DNA of 64,000 bases from Oscillospiraceae bacterium (lineage in GTDB: Bacteria; Bacillota; Clostridia; Oscillospirales; CAG-272). Every line of letters begins with the position of its first letter. Position 1 is the first letter of the stretch. The notes beneath the pieces were generated by a model. The model worked only from the letters and a program-made list of their open reading frames with translations. It searched no databases and was not told the DNA's origin. Positions 18,339-27,952 of this stretch are shown one piece after another. The DNA is taken from assembly GCA_015064355.1 (NCBI GenBank), contig SVSJ01000004.1, positions 22,120 through 86,119 on the forward strand. The letters are read 5' to 3'. A program made the translations under genes and the position numbers.

Positions 18339-19439
18339 TTATTTTGAGAACTCGTCGAATGCAGGAAGCTTATTTCCGTAATAATCGAACAGGCACTGAT
18401 TTGCCCATTCGTTTGATGTGGATTTTCCTTCTTCGCCGATATATTTCTGCCCTTCGGGCGATGCCCAGCATATTCCCTCACCCGGTAACCACAAAGGTTC
18501 CCAGTAGAATATGCCTGATATTTCGTTTTCCCGGGCAGAAGTCAGAAAATCACGGACAAATGCGGTCTGACCCTCGGGTGTGACGGGATACTTCTCTGTG
18601 AAACCGGGAACATAAGCTCTTTCCGAGTCGATAACCAGTCGTTTATCTTCACCGTCAAGCTTGTATGGTTCAATGGTAAAGCCGTAACCCAGCTCCATTA
18701 CCATGATCTCTTTGCCGAATTTTTTACAGTCGCCAAGATTATCGAAAAGCTCCTCCGGTGTACCGTGCCAATAGGGATAATATGAGGCGCCTATTATATC
18801 GTAGTCCACCCCTGCCCTCTCCATATTGCTATAAAATTCCTGATAAACGGCCTTATCGTTGCTTCTTTCAAGATGAAGAACGATTTTTGCTTCGGGAGCA
18901 ATTTCGCGACAAGCGCGGCATCCGGCTTTCGCAAGCTTTATGAAGTTGTCGTAGTTACCTCGTCTGCCATCTCCGAGATCCAGCTTACCAATGGGCCAGA
19001 GCATACCGTTTGTGATCTCGTTGCCCACCTGAATCATTTCGGGAGCAACGTCTTCACGTGCGGCTGTAACAAGGCATTCCTTTGTGAACTCGTACACAGC
19101 GTCAGCGAGGCTGTCAACGTCATAACCAACCCACGCCTTTGGAATCATCTGCTTACCGGGGTCTGCCCAGAAGTCGCTGTAATGGAAGTCGAGGAGAATA
19201 CGATAACCTTTGCTCTTCGCCAGTTTTGCAAGCTTCACGTAGTTGTCCATATTGCAGTTGCCCGCAAGGTATGGTTCGCCATTTTCACCAAAGGGGTTAT
19301 TCCAGACTCTGATGCGCATATAATCAACCCCGTTTTTCGCAAATGCGTCAAGGGGATCGATTTCTTTGCCGCCGTCATAGAATTTCGCGCCGTGCTCAAG
19401 CTCTTCAAGATACGTTGAAACATCTATGCCGAGGATCAT
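18339..19439 (-). CDS. GH53 arabinogalactan endo-beta-1,4-galactanase, cytoplasmic form
   Basis: 366 aa, no signal peptide. GIDVS..., YMRIRVWNNP, DFHYSDFWADPGKQMIPKAW and VQVGNEITNGMLWP are GH53 signatures. Confidence 0.88.
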   Translation of the reverse strand: MILGIDVSTYLEELEHGAKFYDGGKEIDPLDAFAKNGVDYMRIRVWNNPFGENGEPYLAGNCNMDNYVKLAKLAKSKGYRILLDFHYSDFWADPGKQMIPKAWVGYDVDSLADAVYEFTKECLVTAAREDVAPEMIQVGNEITNGMLWPIGKLDLGDGRRGNYDNFIKLAKAGCRACREIAPEAKIVLHLERSNDKAVYQEFYSNMERAGVDYDIIGASYYPYWHGTPEELFDNLGDCKKFGKEIMVMELGYGFTIEPYKLDGEDKRLVIDSERAYVPGFTEKYPVTPEGQTAFVRDFLTSARENEISGIFYWEPLWLPGEGICWASPEGQKYIGEEGKSTSNEWANQCLFDYYGNKLPAFDEFSK

Positions 19440-19696
19440 TGTTCTCCTCCTTTGTGAGGCTCGAATTTCACGGGCTCGTTATCTTCGCCAAAGTCCACAA
19501 CACGCATTTTCATAGCGCGGTAGCGGAATCTTGCTGCCTCGTTCAAGCGGAGCACGTCCTCTTCCTTGCCGGTAAATCCACAGCGGAGGCAGTAGTATTC
19601 ACCTTTGTCTTCGTCAAAAAACATATCAATGTCAATATCTCTCATAAAGCATGAGGGACAGCGGTAATTCAGTTTGCCTTTTGTAGCTTGAGCCAT
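19436..19696 (-). CDS. Small zinc-ribbon protein (2 x CxxC), function unknown
   Basis: 86 aa with C13-P-S-C16 and C36-L-R-C39. RBS gaggt lies 8 nt upstream of the ATG. The 5' end overlaps the upstream CDS by 28 nt, and the stop overlaps the GH53 start (ATGA). Confidence 0.6.
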   Translation of the reverse strand: MAQATKGKLNYRCPSCFMRDIDIDMFFDEDKGEYYCLRCGFTGKEEDVLRLNEAARFRYRAMKMRVVDFGEDNEPVKFEPHKGGEQ

Positions 19697-21474
19697 GTCT
19701 TTACCTCGCCTTCTGTAATAGTTTTTGTAACGCCTATGCGATATATGGGTGAGAATGCGATGCCCTCTTCTGCGTAAGCGGTATCGTTGTCTCCGCCCAT
19801 TTCAACCTTGGTGCAAACCTCGGGGATGATTGCGTAGGCACTTTCTGCATTTTCGCAAGTGAGCTTTTTGCCGTGATATGAGAATTTCATCTGGTCTTTA
19901 TCAACGCCAAGGGTGATGTTTGTCATATCAGCCTGATACTCGGTCGTACCGAATGCGCCGGTGAAGTATTCCTCGAAAGTTATCTCCTCACCGCCGATGT
20001 CATTGAGGATCTTGCGCTCTGTGATGATCTTGCCCTCTCCCTCAAGAATGGTAAATACAGACTGGATAACAATATCAAGTCCGCCAAGGTTCAGTGTCAC
20101 GGGATTGAGAGTAAGCTTTACTCTTCCCTCGATCTTCTCGTACTTTGCCATTGTTCTGGTCAGGCACAGGTCAGCAGTCTCACCGCGGCAGGTCACCTTA
20201 CAAGAGCGGATAGTTCCTGCTCCTGCGTAATGGGTGAAGTATCCGGCGCGGTAGTTTATCTGAATAAGGTAGGGATAAGATGCGTCATACACGTTGTCGG
20301 TGCCGATACCTGTTTCCTGGGGAATTCTCGCCACATAAGGACGAAGGTCTATCATAGCGCCGCCCTGATTAAAGTCGAAGCAGGTTCTCATCTGGGGATC
20401 GGCATACCAGAAGTATTCCTTATTACTTCCGTAAAGGATGTCCTTCCACAGAGCACATTCGCCGCGGTTGTAATCCTTGTGGCAGCTGCGGTAGTAATCA
20501 GCAAACTCACTCATTGTCATATCCACAAGCTTGCCCTCTGCCTTGAGCTTACCGTAGTATTTCATGCCGTCGTCGTAGGATTTGGCGAGAAGCTCGTAGG
20601 GTGCTTCCCAGCGTCCTCTCTGATTAAGCCAGCCGGGACCGACGAACATCATATTATAGCTGTAGCCGTCATTGTACTTTGCAAGGTGACGGTACTGGTC
20701 AACCAGGTTGTAAAGATATGGATACTCAAATTCTCCGTTATCGTTATAGTAGATCATGCCACGGAGCACGTTCTGTGGGTGTGTACCGAAATTTGATCCG
20801 TTACCGTCGAAGCAAGCCATAAGGTCGCGGGAAAGGTGAGGAATCGCAACAATACCTGAGTCGTCTTCCTCACAGGATGCGGGACAGTGGGAGTTTACCT
20901 TTGAGGGGATCCAGGGGTTCCACGGGCCGCCGTCCATAAATGTGTACCAGGAGTTGTTGCAGGTGTGGTAAGCCTTGGGACCTTCCTCCCAGCAAGTTGC
21001 AACGGCGCACTTTACGCTGGGATAGTTCTTTTTAATATAGTTTATGGTGTAAGCATCAAGGAAATAACTGCTTGTGGATTCCGGATAGAATCCGAACTTC
21101 TCGTAGAACTTGCCAAATACGTCATCAATTATCTCTTCCTTGGTCTTATCGTCGAACATCCAGATGCAAAAGTCTTCTGTATGATACTTCGCTCTGAACT
21201 CGGGGCAAGGCAAGCCAAGAAGTGACAAGCCTATTTCGTCGCCGTATTTCTCGTGCTCTTCCTTTGCCTGCTCAATGATACGATCAGAGAACAGGGATGC
21301 GTAGGTGATCTGAATGGTAGTCTTCAAACCGTATTTGTGAGCTGTGTCCTGCTGGAATCTGAAGATGTCCATAGACTCGTCGCGGACACCCTTACCTTTA
21401 CCGAGGGCTCTTTCAGCGTATTCGGGAGAGAGCTCCGGGCGGTGTATGATATTTACAACAAATTTGTTTTCCAT
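19669..21474 (-). CDS. Hypothetical 601-aa cytoplasmic protein embedded in the glycan locus
   Basis: Long ORF with the same codon usage as its neighbours and no signal peptide or TM segment. I could not recognise a catalytic motif. An alternating beta/alpha-like N-terminal half is followed by a beta-rich C-terminal third. Confidence 0.75.
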   Translation of the reverse strand: MENKFVVNIIHRPELSPEYAERALGKGKGVRDESMDIFRFQQDTAHKYGLKTTIQITYASLFSDRIIEQAKEEHEKYGDEIGLSLLGLPCPEFRAKYHTEDFCIWMFDDKTKEEIIDDVFGKFYEKFGFYPESTSSYFLDAYTINYIKKNYPSVKCAVATCWEEGPKAYHTCNNSWYTFMDGGPWNPWIPSKVNSHCPASCEEDDSGIVAIPHLSRDLMACFDGNGSNFGTHPQNVLRGMIYYNDNGEFEYPYLYNLVDQYRHLAKYNDGYSYNMMFVGPGWLNQRGRWEAPYELLAKSYDDGMKYYGKLKAEGKLVDMTMSEFADYYRSCHKDYNRGECALWKDILYGSNKEYFWYADPQMRTCFDFNQGGAMIDLRPYVARIPQETGIGTDNVYDASYPYLIQINYRAGYFTHYAGAGTIRSCKVTCRGETADLCLTRTMAKYEKIEGRVKLTLNPVTLNLGGLDIVIQSVFTILEGEGKIITERKILNDIGGEEITFEEYFTGAFGTTEYQADMTNITLGVDKDQMKFSYHGKKLTCENAESAYAIIPEVCTKVEMGGDNDTAYAEEGIAFSPIYRIGVTKTITEGEVKTWLKLQKAN

Positions 21475-21504
21475 ATTACCTCTTGTGTGTTCAGTCTTTG
21501 CTTT

Positions 21505-23094
21505 TTATTTTACGATAACACTTGTCTGGGGGCCTACTGTGAGAATAGTTCCCTCAAGCTTTGCTTTACCCTGACCGATGCAGTCTGCGATCTTTGAGAA
21601 TGTGATGCCATCAAGCTCGGCGCACTTGCTCAGATCGTATGACATTTCCTCGGTTGATGTGTTGTGGAACAGGCCAATGATCTCGTCGCCGTAGGTGATC
21701 TTGAATCCGCCGAGATTCTTCTCACCAAAGTTCACAGAATCGTACTCACCGCGAGGAATGGCAGGATATTTGTGGCGAATAGAGATCAGCTTGCAGTAGT
21801 AGTTATACATACTGCCTTCATCTTCGATCTGATTTGCCACCGTGGTAGTTATCTGCTTTGACGCAGGATAAGTTGTACCGACGGGGTCTTTAATAAGGTC
21901 GTCATTCCCCCAAAGCATTGCAAGTCTTCGGTTTGCATCGGTGCTTTCGCTGCCGCGGGAACCTCTCATTCCAATCTCCTCACCGTAGTAGATCACAGGA
22001 GAGCCGGAGCACAAGATATAGAGGTTTGCCGCCATTTTCATATTGTTCTCGGTGACAAAGGCTCCGGCAATTCTGTCCATATCGTGATTGGAGAGGAACG
22101 GCATGATCATACCGCCCGGGTACTTTCCGAGAAGCTTATCCTGATATGATTCGATGTAATTTGTATATTTTGAGATGGAGCTGCCCTTTGCTGCAGTTGC
22201 AACAACGCCCTCTGCCTGAGCCATGGCGAAGTTGAAGCAGTTGAGCTCTGCTGTGTAGTAGTCCATGATCTCAGTCTCACCCGACCAGCATTCACCAACA
22301 CAATAAATGTCGGGGTCAATTTTATGAAGCTCATCCATATACCATTTCCAGAACTCAACGGAACTTTCAGTGTCACCGAAGTATATGTATTTCACCGCAT
22401 CAAAGCGGAATCCGTCAACACCAAGGTCAAGATAGTATTTCGCAACGTCAAGCATTGCAGCCTTTACTTCGGGATTGTCGTAATTGAGCTCGGGCATAGC
22501 ACCGTCAAAGTTGCACTCATACCAGCAGTCGATACCGGCGATCTTCTGATACTGGATGCCCCCCTGCTTTTCTTCGGTTGTCACGCAGGAGTAGTAATCG
22601 TAATACTGATTCTCCGTGTCGCCGCCTGTTCTGGCTTCTTTGAATTTAAGGAACCAATCGTGCTGATTTGAGGTGTGGTTTATTGCAAGGTCAAGGATCA
22701 GCTTAACATTCCGTTCTTCACAGAGAGCAATAAGCTCTTTCAAATCCTCTTCCGTGCCGAATCGCCAGTCGATCTGGTAGTAGTCCTTTGCATCGTACTT
22801 ATGATATGACGGAGATGAAAAAATCGGGGAGAGCCATATTCCCTGCACTCCCAGGCTTTCACCTGAGTTGATATTTCCGTCGTTTAAGTAGTCGAAGCGG
22901 TTGATTATTCCTCGCAGATCTCCGATTCCGTCTCCGTTTGAGTCGGAAAATGAGCCTACGAAAATCTGATAGAATGTTCTGTAGTTATCGTCGATTGGAT
23001 CGACCTGCGGCGGAAGCTTGTTGCCGCAACCTGTCAGAATCAGTGATGACGCCAGCATAACCACTGCTAATATTAATGAAATCTTCTTTGTCAT
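21505..23094 (-). CDS. GH13 alpha-amylase-family lipoprotein
   Basis: 529 aa. Lipobox LILTGC. DGIGDLRGIINRFDYL, AINHTS, GVDGFRFDAVKYI, VGECW and LSNHDMDR are GH13 conserved regions I-IV. Confidence 0.9.
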   Translation of the reverse strand: MTKKISLILAVVMLASSLILTGCGNKLPPQVDPIDDNYRTFYQIFVGSFSDSNGDGIGDLRGIINRFDYLNDGNINSGESLGVQGIWLSPIFSSPSYHKYDAKDYYQIDWRFGTEEDLKELIALCEERNVKLILDLAINHTSNQHDWFLKFKEARTGGDTENQYYDYYSCVTTEEKQGGIQYQKIAGIDCWYECNFDGAMPELNYDNPEVKAAMLDVAKYYLDLGVDGFRFDAVKYIYFGDTESSVEFWKWYMDELHKIDPDIYCVGECWSGETEIMDYYTAELNCFNFAMAQAEGVVATAAKGSSISKYTNYIESYQDKLLGKYPGGMIMPFLSNHDMDRIAGAFVTENNMKMAANLYILCSGSPVIYYGEEIGMRGSRGSESTDANRRLAMLWGNDDLIKDPVGTTYPASKQITTTVANQIEDEGSMYNYYCKLISIRHKYPAIPRGEYDSVNFGEKNLGGFKITYGDEIIGLFHNTSTEEMSYDLSKCAELDGITFSKIADCIGQGKAKLEGTILTVGPQTSVIVK

Positions 23095-23107
23095 TTGTTT
23101 TTCTCCG

Positions 23108-25105
23108 TTATTCCTTGACTGAGTTCAGCATAGCATCGTCTATCTTACCCCAGGCGTTAGGTCCGGCGCATTTAACGTAGATGCCCACAGTGATCTCGTC
23201 GCCTGCGGTGTATTCAATACCGTTTATTGTAGCTGTGTGCCACTCATTATATACGGTGATCTCCGTCGCCGCCTTGTAAACTATCTCACCGTTTATCTTA
23301 ACGTAGGCATAGATGTCGGTTTCACCGCCGTCGCCGCCCATTATTGAGATGGAATAGTTGTATTTACCGGATTTCAGATCCTCTACCTTTTGCTCAAGGG
23401 TGAATTCAACCGCGTTTGCCGCTGCTCCCCAGAAATGATAGTGGAACGTGCCTGTCATGGAGTCGGTAACCTTATCCTCAACTTTCAGCTCATCAAACTT
23501 GCCGATGGCAGTAGCGGTCCAGCCCTCCTCCCCTTCTTCAAAGCTCCAGTTTTTTAGGAAGTTGTATTCAACCATCGAAACGTAGCAACGTGCGGTCATT
23601 CCGCCTGCTGTGCCAAGGATATCGTATTTTGCAACGCCACCCGATTTCATGGCTTCCATGTCAACGTTTTGCCATTCTACAGGGATCGCTTCCTTGGAGT
23701 TGTCAAGCATTACAGCGTTGACTGTGTCCGGGAGAACGATGTCTCCGTTCAAGTCTATAATAAGGTTGGTGTCCTCGATTGCATCGGCTTTATTTGCGAC
23801 AATGTTGCCATCTCTCACAAGTGCAAACACCTTGAGAGATTCAAGCACCTTGCCGTTTTTATCAAAGAACGCCTGATTGTCTACAGCGCATCCGCCATAC
23901 CACTTGCCTGCATCGTTAGGATCGTATTCGGCAGCGTGAGAGGATGCCCAGCCGGAGCCGTTTTTCTCCCAAAGAGCCAAATTCTCTTCATAGCTGTCTC
24001 CACCGGCGGATATCCATGTTCCTTCCCAGTAGAACACGCCTATGCCGCCCTCGGTCTTATTCACAACCGTGTCGATAACGTCCCGTACAAGATTTGCCTG
24101 TCCCTGCTCGGTAAATGGGTAATCCTTAACGATACTGCCCCCCTCACCGATGGTGTTTCCGTAGAAGTCGCTGTCATCTGCAGTGAAAGCGTAGGAGGTT
24201 TCCGCCACCATTACCTTTTTGCCGTATTTGGTGGAAATATCAGAGAGGACTGTGGCAAGGTTGTCAAGGGTTCCATGCCAGAAGGGATAGTAAGAGGAAG
24301 CGAAAACGTCGTAGTCTACTCCGTAGTACTCAAGATTCTTACCGTAGCTTTCGTAGTTTGTTACTTTTTCAGGGTTAGCAAAGTGAATTGCAACAAGCGC
24401 ACCCGGGCAAACCTCGCGTACTGCTTTTGAGCCTGCAGACATAAGCTGGGTTATTTTCTTCCAGCCGCCCACGGAGGAGCTTGATTCACCGGCCATAGCA
24501 CCGTTTGTTTCGTTGCCGATCTGCACCATACCCACGTCAACCCCTGCATCCACAAGCTTTTTGAGGCAGTCCTTTGTGTACTGATACAAGGCCTCTGATT
24601 TATCGTCAATGCTCATTCCGCGCCAGGCTTTGGGCACCATCTGCTTTGCAGGGTCAGCCCAGAAGTCGGAATAGTGGAAGTTAACAAGTAGCTTCATTCC
24701 GTACTTGGTTGCACGCTTGCCGATCTCCACGGCGTTGTCTATGTTGCAGTTACCGCCGCCGTATCCGTAGCCGTCTACATCAAACGGGTCATTCCAGATG
24801 CGAACACGGATATAGTTGATCCCGTTTTCAGAGAGGATCTGATACACGTCTTTTTCGTTGCCGTTTTCGTCATAGTACTTGACTCCACCCGCCTCGAGAG
24901 ACGGAACGGCAGAAGCGTCCATACCCATTATAAAGTCGTCGGGAAGATTCTCGACCTTTTTAACATAAAGAGAGTCTGAGGTTATATTCAAATTCATTTT
25001 GTTCGGTCTCCAGTCGGTTTGGCTGCTTTTTCCGCATGATGAAAATGCCGCCAGCACTGTGACCGCCGCCAAGATAAACGCAAAAAAACTGATTCGCTTT
25101 TTCAT
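23108..25105 (-). CDS. Secreted GH53 endo-beta-1,4-galactanase with C-terminal Ig-like and carbohydrate-binding-like domains
   Basis: Start set at ATG 25105 (MKKRISFFAF.., RBS aaggag), giving 665 aa. Lipobox AAFSSC. NFHYSDFWADPAKQMVPKAW and VQIGNETNG are GH53 signatures. The ~260-aa C-terminal extension includes a VPVEWQNVD Big-like motif. Confidence 0.88.
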   Translation of the reverse strand: MKKRISFFAFILAAVTVLAAFSSCGKSSQTDWRPNKMNLNITSDSLYVKKVENLPDDFIMGMDASAVPSLEAGGVKYYDENGNEKDVYQILSENGINYIRVRIWNDPFDVDGYGYGGGNCNIDNAVEIGKRATKYGMKLLVNFHYSDFWADPAKQMVPKAWRGMSIDDKSEALYQYTKDCLKKLVDAGVDVGMVQIGNETNGAMAGESSSSVGGWKKITQLMSAGSKAVREVCPGALVAIHFANPEKVTNYESYGKNLEYYGVDYDVFASSYYPFWHGTLDNLATVLSDISTKYGKKVMVAETSYAFTADDSDFYGNTIGEGGSIVKDYPFTEQGQANLVRDVIDTVVNKTEGGIGVFYWEGTWISAGGDSYEENLALWEKNGSGWASSHAAEYDPNDAGKWYGGCAVDNQAFFDKNGKVLESLKVFALVRDGNIVANKADAIEDTNLIIDLNGDIVLPDTVNAVMLDNSKEAIPVEWQNVDMEAMKSGGVAKYDILGTAGGMTARCYVSMVEYNFLKNWSFEEGEEGWTATAIGKFDELKVEDKVTDSMTGTFHYHFWGAAANAVEFTLEQKVEDLKSGKYNYSISIMGGDGGETDIYAYVKINGEIVYKAATEITVYNEWHTATINGIEYTAGDEITVGIYVKCAGPNAWGKIDDAMLNSVKE

Positions 25106-25240
25106 TACGATCTCCTTTTTTGGTGATTTTGGGTTAATCGCGTGAAATACTATCTTGTCTTTTACTTGCAAAGCCCCCACCAAATAAGGTGGGGACAGTT
25201 GCGTCACATATTCAGAAATTCAGTCCGCATTTTTCCGAAA

Positions 25241-27907
25241 TTACTGTAATATATCATCGCTCACGTATACCTTGATACCGGTAGCGGGCAATGATACGTT
25301 TCCGCTTTCACGGGCGAGAACATGGATTCCTGCGTTCTCTGCGTCAGTAATCAGGTTCCACTCTCCCTCGAGATTATACGTAAGGTTTGTGGGGTGAGGA
25401 TTGATTATTACAAGAGCTTTTCCGCCGTTCTTGTCGGTAAACGTTACAGCCGCAGCCCCGCCTCCAAATTCCTCGTAGGTGATTTCTGTGTCAAGGGATG
25501 TGAAGATACCGTAAGTCTTGCGCAGCTCTATAAGTCCCTTATAGTACTGCATTGTTTCGTACTCACGGTTGCCTTCCTTCAGCACAGACCAGTCGATATT
25601 GTTGATCGCATCGCTGGACTTGTAGCTGTTTTCGTCGCCGTCCTTGGTGCGTAGCATTTCTTCACCTGCCTGCCAGAAGGGTGTGCCCTTGGAAAGCAGT
25701 ATAATTGCCGCGCCAAGCTTATTCATCTTATTGCGCTCGTCGTCGCTGTTGTTCGGATTGGAAAGAAGGAGCTTATCCCACAGAGTGTTGTTATCGTGGG
25801 CACTCATATAGTTTACTACCATTGCGTTTTCAACTGTCCAGCCCTGACCTACTCCAACGCCACCTCTCATGCCAAAGATGATCTTCGAAAGGGTGATCTT
25901 GGGTGTACCGCTGATGTAGCCCTGAGCAGTCTTATCAAAAACGCTGCCTTTGAGACCGTCACGGATCACGTCATTGAATACCGCCACGCTGCCAATCGCG
26001 TCCCCTGTAGGCTTGATCTGGCTGATGTTGGACTGATTTGCCTGGGGGCTACCGTCGATGGTTGCGCCCATTGTCCAGCCTTCACCGTAGATAAGTGCCT
26101 TGGGATTTATAGTGTGAACTGCACTCTCAACCACCTGCATTGTCGCCACATCGTGAAGTCCCATAAGGTCGAAGCGGAGGCCGTCAAGGTTATATTCGTC
26201 TACCCAATAAGCTGTGGAATCTACCATAAACTTGCCGTACATATATCTTTCGGAGGCAGTATCGTTACCGCATCCGCTGGCAGATGTATTTGCACCGGTG
26301 TTTGTATATCTGTAATAGTAATAAGGAACGATTTTGTTGAAGGAGCTGTTTCCGTCATAGGTATGGTTGTAAACCACGTCCATTACCACGCCGATTCCCG
26401 CATTGTGCAGAGCCATAACCATCTGCTTGTATTCTTTGATTCTTACCTCGCCGTTATAGGGGTCTGTGGAGTAGCTTCCCTCGGGAACGTTATAGTTCTT
26501 GGGGTCATATCCCCAGTTAAACGCGGAGCCCGGGTCTGATTCGTCCACGGTTGCGTAGTCATATACGGGGAGAAGATGCACGTGGGTAATACCCAGTTCT
26601 TTGAGATAATCCACACCGACGGGCACGCCGTGCTCGTTAACAAGGCCGCTTTCGGTGAATGCAAGATACTTTCCCTTGTACTGTGACGCAGATATCTTAT
26701 TGGAGAAGTCTCTTACATGTACTTCCCAGATGATTGCGTCGGAATAGCTCTGAATGTCGGGATCAAAGTTTTCGTCATTCCATCCCTCGGGATCCGTGAG
26801 AGAAAGATCAACAACCATACCACGGTTGCCGTTTACACCTGCCGCCTTTGCGTATGGGTCAACCGCTTCCTGTGTTCCCACAGATGTGGTTACGGTGTAG
26901 GTGTAGTAGGTACCGTGGCCACATTCCTCAGTGTGAGTCCAAACGCCGCGTTCTCCCTTAACCATTTCGACAGTTTTGTACGCGTCAACACCGTCACCTG
27001 CCTCAAAGAGGTTGAGGAGTACCTTTGATGCTGTAGGCGCCCATACCTTGAATGTGGTCGTGTCACCGTTTATTTGTGCACCAAGGTCATCGCCGTCATA
27101 GTGATAGTTTTCTGCAAAGTATTCGCTGTCGAATATTTCGGTAGGAACAACTTCCTTGCCTCCAAATCCCTCGACCTCTACGCGGTAGTTGCCTGCAAGG
27201 TCAATGCTTTCGGCAAGCTCAATAACGCCGGTGGAAGCTTCCTTGCCGATGCTTGACACGGACAGGATCTCTACAGGCTCATTATCATTGTAAACCTTGA
27301 CCTGACCGGGATCTGTAAGGGTGGTCTTCGACGAAAGCCTGTACTGAAGCTTGTTTATGTCGATGATTTCAGCAAATGTGAATTCCTTTGTCATAACGAG
27401 AGTTTTTCCTCCATCATAGCTCTTGAATTGATCTGCAACACCGGACTTCAGATAAACGAAGGTCTCTTTTCCTTCGATAGGAGCAAATCTGTCCTGCTCG
27501 AAGTCCTTTGTTGCGCTTCCCCATGATGTTCCACCGGGGTCAGAGCAATTTTTGCGGACGATGAAGCCCACCTTTTCCACGCCTTCGGGCACGTTGATTA
27601 TTGCCTTTGCGCCATATTCGCATTCGTGGAAGAGGTAGCCTTTTCCGTCTTTATCATCCCACCAAGCCCAGACGTCACAGTTTTCGTAAGTGCCGTTGTA
27701 AGTCCAGTAGAAGGTGATCTGATTGTATCCTTCCTGAAGAGGCTCGAAATACTCCTCTACAGGATCTTTTTTGTCCGTTGCCGGCGGCTCAGTTACCGTG
27801 GTATCAGGTGCGTCCGGTTCTTCTCCCGTGTTACAGGCTGTCAGAACAAGAGTGAGTGACATAACCAATACGAGAAACATTGATATAATACGCAGTGATC
27901 TTTTCAT
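25241..27907 (-). CDS. pulA: Type I pullulanase (GH13 with N-terminal CBM-like domains), lipoprotein
   Basis: 888 aa. Lipobox LVLTAC. Motifs FNWGYDPKNYNVPEGSY, VVYNHT, GLRFDLMGLHD, YGEGW and YMSAHDNNTLWD. Confidence 0.92.
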   Translation of the reverse strand: MKRSLRIISMFLVLVMSLTLVLTACNTGEEPDAPDTTVTEPPATDKKDPVEEYFEPLQEGYNQITFYWTYNGTYENCDVWAWWDDKDGKGYLFHECEYGAKAIINVPEGVEKVGFIVRKNCSDPGGTSWGSATKDFEQDRFAPIEGKETFVYLKSGVADQFKSYDGGKTLVMTKEFTFAEIIDINKLQYRLSSKTTLTDPGQVKVYNDNEPVEILSVSSIGKEASTGVIELAESIDLAGNYRVEVEGFGGKEVVPTEIFDSEYFAENYHYDGDDLGAQINGDTTTFKVWAPTASKVLLNLFEAGDGVDAYKTVEMVKGERGVWTHTEECGHGTYYTYTVTTSVGTQEAVDPYAKAAGVNGNRGMVVDLSLTDPEGWNDENFDPDIQSYSDAIIWEVHVRDFSNKISASQYKGKYLAFTESGLVNEHGVPVGVDYLKELGITHVHLLPVYDYATVDESDPGSAFNWGYDPKNYNVPEGSYSTDPYNGEVRIKEYKQMVMALHNAGIGVVMDVVYNHTYDGNSSFNKIVPYYYYRYTNTGANTSASGCGNDTASERYMYGKFMVDSTAYWVDEYNLDGLRFDLMGLHDVATMQVVESAVHTINPKALIYGEGWTMGATIDGSPQANQSNISQIKPTGDAIGSVAVFNDVIRDGLKGSVFDKTAQGYISGTPKITLSKIIFGMRGGVGVGQGWTVENAMVVNYMSAHDNNTLWDKLLLSNPNNSDDERNKMNKLGAAIILLSKGTPFWQAGEEMLRTKDGDENSYKSSDAINNIDWSVLKEGNREYETMQYYKGLIELRKTYGIFTSLDTEITYEEFGGGAAAVTFTDKNGGKALVIINPHPTNLTYNLEGEWNLITDAENAGIHVLARESGNVSLPATGIKVYVSDDILQ

Positions 27908-27952
27908 GCCTATGCCTCCTGTGATGAAATTATAATAATGTATGTAGATTTC

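Noticed and set aside
25172-25195. Hairpin ccccacc/ggtgggg between pulA and the secreted GH53, as a full terminator splitting the locus
   Set aside because: The downstream U-tract on the mRNA strand is poor (ctttgcaag), and I found no convincing promoter before the GH53 gene. It is treated as a possible attenuator or processing site only.
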